Source: Candidatus Thorarchaeota archaeon (lineage in GTDB: Archaea > Asgardarchaeota > Thorarchaeia > Thorarchaeales > Thorarchaeaceae). Taken from it: 50,600 nt of DNA. The stretch is taken from positions 1 to 50,600 of the forward strand of contig JAEORO010000008.1 in assembly GCA_016840855.1 (NCBI GenBank), read 5' to 3'. A program made the position numbers and the translations under genes. Below the pieces are notes generated by a model. That model worked only from the letters and a program-made list of their open reading frames with translations. It had not been told where the DNA came from and did no database searches. Of this stretch, positions 46,422 to 50,600 are shown piece by piece. Within the stretch, counting starts at the first letter, position 1. Each line of letters begins with the position of its first letter.

Positions 46422-47732
46422 ATGAAGGCACGAATCGCTCATATCTCAGATACACATCTTGGCACCCGTCCAAGGGATGGCATACGCCCCAACGTATGGG
46501 GCGAGGAGATGCGGTCTCAGCTACTTGAGAACGATTTCTATGAGCGGTTCCGAGAGATCTTTGAAAAAATCTCGAAGCTTGACCCCCCGGTGGACCTTGT
46601 TGTTCACTCTGGGGATTTGTATAATTCTCCTTGGGAAGGTAATCCATCTCAACCTCCTGTTGTGGCACAGGAAACTGCCATCACCGTTTTGCAGAACTTC
46701 ATAGAAAAAACTGGGATTCCAGTTCTCATCATCGAGGGTAATCATGGTCTCTATAGACTCCTAGAAGTTTCTCTTTTGGACAGTCTGAAAATGGCTGTTC
46801 CAGGTCTCGATATTGCCACACAACAGGATCTAAAACGTGCAGTACGAACAGGAGATCCTCTTGTTCGCTCCTACGATAAATTAGATGTCTACTGCTTTCC
46901 CTTCATGGACTACGCTGTTCTCAAATCCGCGGACATGACTACCATTTTTGACGATTGGATAACAACTCACCAGACTCGCATCAAGTCTAGGCCATCAATT
47001 GCAGTAGCTCATGGTATGGATATTGACCAGACGCTTTTCAAGACTATATTCTCGATAGGCTACGACTATGTCGCATTAGGTCATGACCATCATCAACATC
47101 AGCAATCCAAAAATGCGTGGTATGCTGGATCTACAGAACGATGGAGATTCGATGAAACCCGTCACGAGAAAGGATTCCTCGTAGTAGATATTGAAGCAGG
47201 TTCTCTGCCAGTAGTAACGCCTTTCCTCCTTGAGTACCAAAGACCCATCATAAACGAGAAGATAATGATAGAAGTTGAAGATTCTGTAGAGTCGGTGTCA
47301 GACAAAGTATTTGCTCTATTTGATGACAAAGGTGTGAAAACGCCATGGGATCCTGAGACTGCTGCAAGAATTCGTCTTGTCTTCGAAGGGAAGGCAACGC
47401 GTATGAGTTCATTTGAACTTGGAATGGCTCTTGAATCTCTAAGGATGCGAATCCTATCGAAAGACTCTGAATACAATGTATCACAGTTCTTTTGGAACGT
47501 TAAACAATCGGTTGATGAGGAATTCACAGCTGCATCATATCCTGAAATCGAATCCGAATATCTCATCCAAGATCCAGAAGATGATTTCCGAGCATACCTC
47601 GAAACCCTTGAGATTGACAAGACGATGGACACGACTATGCTTACAAAGATTGCAGTACGCTCTCTTGAGCATGCTGTTGGGAAAAAACAGGGTCGATTGA
47701 GTACAGAATCAGTAATGGAGGATGACAAATGA
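46422..47732 (+). CDS. mre11: Mre11/SbcD nuclease
   Basis: HISDTHLG, HSGDLY, IEGNH, AHG, DYVALGHDH, YAGSTE, EKGF. Confidence 0.9.
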   Translation: MKARIAHISDTHLGTRPRDGIRPNVWGEEMRSQLLENDFYERFREIFEKISKLDPPVDLVVHSGDLYNSPWEGNPSQPPVVAQETAITVLQNFIEKTGIPVLIIEGNHGLYRLLEVSLLDSLKMAVPGLDIATQQDLKRAVRTGDPLVRSYDKLDVYCFPFMDYAVLKSADMTTIFDDWITTHQTRIKSRPSIAVAHGMDIDQTLFKTIFSIGYDYVALGHDHHQHQQSKNAWYAGSTERWRFDETRHEKGFLVVDIEAGSLPVVTPFLLEYQRPIINEKIMIEVEDSVESVSDKVFALFDDKGVKTPWDPETAARIRLVFEGKATRMSSFELGMALESLRMRILSKDSEYNVSQFFWNVKQSVDEEFTAASYPEIESEYLIQDPEDDFRAYLETLEIDKTMDTTMLTKIAVRSLEHAVGKKQGRLSTESVMEDDK

Positions 47733-49807
47733 AAATCCTTCAGCTTAAGATTCGTAACTTCAAACCCTTTAGCAACCTGACTCTTCCTGAGGGGGATGCT
47801 GAGCTCCCAGATGGCCTTATTCTAATAAGAGGTCCCAATTCTACAGGCAAATCCTCACTCTTCGAAGCAGTCCTTTGGGGTCTCTGGGGTGCAGATGCAG
47901 TAGATCTTACCAATGATGAACTCATCAACTTCAGGTCTACATCGTGCCAGGTAGTTCTTACTTTTCAGGTTGCAGGAACACAATACAAGATCGACCGTTC
48001 ATATGACCCAGCGAATGGAATGGCTGTTGTTCTTTTCGCAAATCGAGAGAGTGCTTGGAAACGTATAGCCGATAAGAGCAAGTCCGTTAGCTCCAAGCTT
48101 GATGAGATTCTTTCCCTTGAGCTTAGACAAGCATTGAGTACGCTTCTGGTTAGACAAGGTGAGGTCGCAGTAATTGCTAACGCCACACCATCTGTTTTAC
48201 GAGACCTACTTGTAAAGGTCTATGACATAGACTTGCTTCATCAGATGTCAGGTCACCTAGAAAGTTTAGAAAAAGACATAGACTCAAAAGTGAGGTCCCG
48301 AGAGTTAGAGTATATACGTCCTGAACAACTCCAGAAACAGATTGAGGAATGTCAGAATCGAATAACTCGTTTTGAAACCGGATTAGATGTCAAGAAGAAG
48401 GAGATCATCTCCACCGAAAAGATACTACAAGACCTACCAGATACCGATGTCCTCAAGAAGATTCATGAACTCACCTCTTACATTGAATCCCTTCAACGTG
48501 AAGTGGGAGTAAAGCGTGAAGGGCTTGAGGCTGATTTGGCTTTGGCTGGTGTCGTTGACGCCAGCTCGAAAATTCTGAATGCACGATTGGAAGCCCTTGA
48601 AAAGGGACGAAAACGAATTGAGGGTGAACGAAAAGCAGCTAAAGGAAAACTACAGCTAATAGACCAAGAAATAGGCTTGATTTCAGGCACTCAAATTGAT
48701 TTGGAGAGTAAAATAGCGACACTCACCAGTGCCGGAGCAGACGATATCATTGAGTGTCCAACTTGCGCGAAGCCACTTTCTCCTGAGGATCGAAAGAAAC
48801 TTGTTGCGGAATATAGAAGCACAATTGATGAAGGACTAACCAGAAGAAAAAGAATTGAACAAGAGAAAAAAGATCTCATTGCCGCATCTGATGATTTTGA
48901 TGACCAACTCAATAGAATGTCCAAGAGTGAAGATGCAGTTAAACGCGTCAGTCAAGGACAAAAAAGAGTCGATCAGGCTAAAGAGAAAGTTGTCAAAGCT
49001 GAGGCGGAGTTTTCCACCCTGCTGAAGAAATTTGGCATAAAGAGTGCTGAAACTTTACTCAAGAAATACAAGATGGATACTGTCCTTGACCTGCAGAAGA
49101 AGGTAATCTCCTTAGAGGCCACGTTGAAAGCTCTAAGAAAGGAAACAAAGGAGACCGAGGAAAACATTCAGAGAGAGCATGATACGATATCTGAGCTAAA
49201 AGGTAAGCAAACGGATATGATACGAATAGGAGCTGAGATTGCAGGCCTCGAGAGCATGAACGAGCATGCAAAGTATGTGCGAAGGCGTCTTGTTAGTGGA
49301 TTTGTCACTGATTATGTATTCCAGAAACGATTGCTTGGCATAATCAGGGGTGCAACCAATCCATATGTCAAATCATTTACCAATGGCCAATATTCTGCTA
49401 TTGACTTGGAGCCAACACCTGCGAAGGGCCGTTCAGGTCCTGGACTTATTCTTAGAATCTGGGATGAAAGAGACCAAGCTTGGAAAAAAACTTCTCAGCT
49501 TAGTTATGGCGATAGGACTGCCATTAGCCTTGCTTTACGGATGGGAATCAGTCGCACGATGAGTAGCATTCGACCTCTTAAGGACAGCCCTGTAGTGACA
49601 CCGAGAGTTCGCTCCGTCTTTCTTGATGAGCCTTTAGGAGGTCTCGATAAAATGCGACGCGAGGCTGTAGTAAGGAATCTGATGAATGATCAAAGTTTTG
49701 AACAGATCCTTTTGATAACTCATACCGATGTACAAGGTTGGGAAGAACTCCCCGTCATCGATGTCATGAAAGATGGCGCATCAAGTCTTGCAGTTCTCAA
49801 TATGTAG
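47729..49807 (+). CDS. rad50: Rad50/SbcC ATPase
   Basis: IRNFKPF, GPNSTGKSS, VRQGE, coiled coil with CPTC zinc hook, LSYGD signature, FLDEPLGGLD, LITH. Confidence 0.92.
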   Translation: MKILQLKIRNFKPFSNLTLPEGDAELPDGLILIRGPNSTGKSSLFEAVLWGLWGADAVDLTNDELINFRSTSCQVVLTFQVAGTQYKIDRSYDPANGMAVVLFANRESAWKRIADKSKSVSSKLDEILSLELRQALSTLLVRQGEVAVIANATPSVLRDLLVKVYDIDLLHQMSGHLESLEKDIDSKVRSRELEYIRPEQLQKQIEECQNRITRFETGLDVKKKEIISTEKILQDLPDTDVLKKIHELTSYIESLQREVGVKREGLEADLALAGVVDASSKILNARLEALEKGRKRIEGERKAAKGKLQLIDQEIGLISGTQIDLESKIATLTSAGADDIIECPTCAKPLSPEDRKKLVAEYRSTIDEGLTRRKRIEQEKKDLIAASDDFDDQLNRMSKSEDAVKRVSQGQKRVDQAKEKVVKAEAEFSTLLKKFGIKSAETLLKKYKMDTVLDLQKKVISLEATLKALRKETKETEENIQREHDTISELKGKQTDMIRIGAEIAGLESMNEHAKYVRRRLVSGFVTDYVFQKRLLGIIRGATNPYVKSFTNGQYSAIDLEPTPAKGRSGPGLILRIWDERDQAWKKTSQLSYGDRTAISLALRMGISRTMSSIRPLKDSPVVTPRVRSVFLDEPLGGLDKMRREAVVRNLMNDQSFEQILLITHTDVQGWEELPVIDVMKDGASSLAVLNM

Positions 49808-49905
49808 TTCAGGCACGCGTTGGAACATATATTAATCAGGGAACTATCATCGCATAAACCATGCATAAACTCGAGATTAGCCATGGCCGGATTCGGCAAG
49901 TATCA

Positions 49906-50600
49906 ATGAGAGTTGATAAGTGGCTTCTTCGAGTTGGAGAAAAGATTGCAGGATTTCTAATTGATTACCGGTATCTCATCTCAGTGATGCTCATTGGGCT
50001 CATTGTCTGGTCAATTGTATTCAATGTAGCAGTTATTGATTACATTAATTCAAGTAGATGGGTCACCCGCAGCGTTTGGTTAGGACCGTTACCTGATCCT
50101 GGAACCATACAACTATTCGGATTTACCATCGAATATCAAATTGAAGGATACAGTGACTACTCATTTTACTATGTTCATTGGGGATACAACACTCTTAACG
50201 GAGTAATGCCATACTCCCCTGAATATGGGTTCATTAATTTAGAAGGCATTACGAACAATAATGGTGCCCACATGTTCCCTCCTTTCACATCGTATCTCTA
50301 CGCTGCAGGGATTGCGCTTGGGAACTTCATGGGGTGGACAAACTGGGGAATTGGCTTGTTAATTGCTGCATTTGGCTATTTGACAGCACTCCCAGTCTAT
50401 GGTATTGCTAGCGAGTTGTCTGAAAACAAGCGTGTCGGTGATGTTGCTGCGTTAACATATCTGCTGAACCCATTGATGCTTTACCATATAGACTTCCTGT
50501 GGTTCAATCCATCTCCCTTTGTCTTCTTCTTCTTTGCTGGATTCTATATGTTGATCCGAGGAAAGCGACTCACAGGGACATTACTCATCGTGTCAGCTGC
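49906..50600 (+). CDS. GT-C fold membrane glycosyltransferase (GT87/PIG-M-like), 3' end outside the window
   Basis: Hand translation MRVDKWLLR...TM...EGYSDYSFYY...GVMPY...MFPPFTSYLY...YLLNPL...WFNP: acidic first-loop motif, PY/xPP and LNP typical of GT-C. In-frame ATG also at 49861. Confidence 0.75.
   Translation, partial: MRVDKWLLRVGEKIAGFLIDYRYLISVMLIGLIVWSIVFNVAVIDYINSSRWVTRSVWLGPLPDPGTIQLFGFTIEYQIEGYSDYSFYYVHWGYNTLNGVMPYSPEYGFINLEGITNNNGAHMFPPFTSYLYAAGIALGNFMGWTNWGIGLLIAAFGYLTALPVYGIASELSENKRVGDVAALTYLLNPLMLYHIDFLWFNPSPFVFFFFAGFYMLIRGKRLTGTLLIVSA

Noticed and set aside
1-50600. CRISPR arrays, IS elements, rRNA, selenoprotein or pyrrolysine read-through
   Set aside because: I saw no regularly spaced repeats, transposase motifs or rRNA-like stretches. 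Redox proteins have Cys codons and no truncated ORF required stop read-through. Checked by eye only.

Overview
Gene-dense archaeal chromosomal window. Markers include PriL, ABCE1, ArcS+RaSEA, FBP aldolase/phosphatase, archaeal TpiA, a nurA-herA-mre11-rad50 operon and two tRNA-Arg genes. The gene content and divergent paralogs suggest an Asgard archaeon, probably Thorarchaeia (inference, not verified). I found no mobile element, CRISPR array or rRNA. Main observations beyond housekeeping: (i) two box C/D guide sRNAs in intergenic gaps (4850-4916 +, 18001-18077 -), one with a readable 16S rRNA guide; (ii) a signal-less, acidic 593-aa beta-sandwich protein whose N-terminal half follows the motif order of a mu-homology domain (AP-mu/delta-COP/muniscin), a candidate eukaryotic-signature trafficking protein; (iii) four full-length metalloenzyme homologues within about 14 kb (NIF3, M24 peptidase, gamma-CA, MBL) with lost metal ligands; (iv) near-identical tRNA-Arg(CCG)/(GCG) genes flanking a microprotein; (v) a permuted DSB-repair operon with non-canonical ATPase motifs. 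All family calls come from reading motifs by eye, with no database search.
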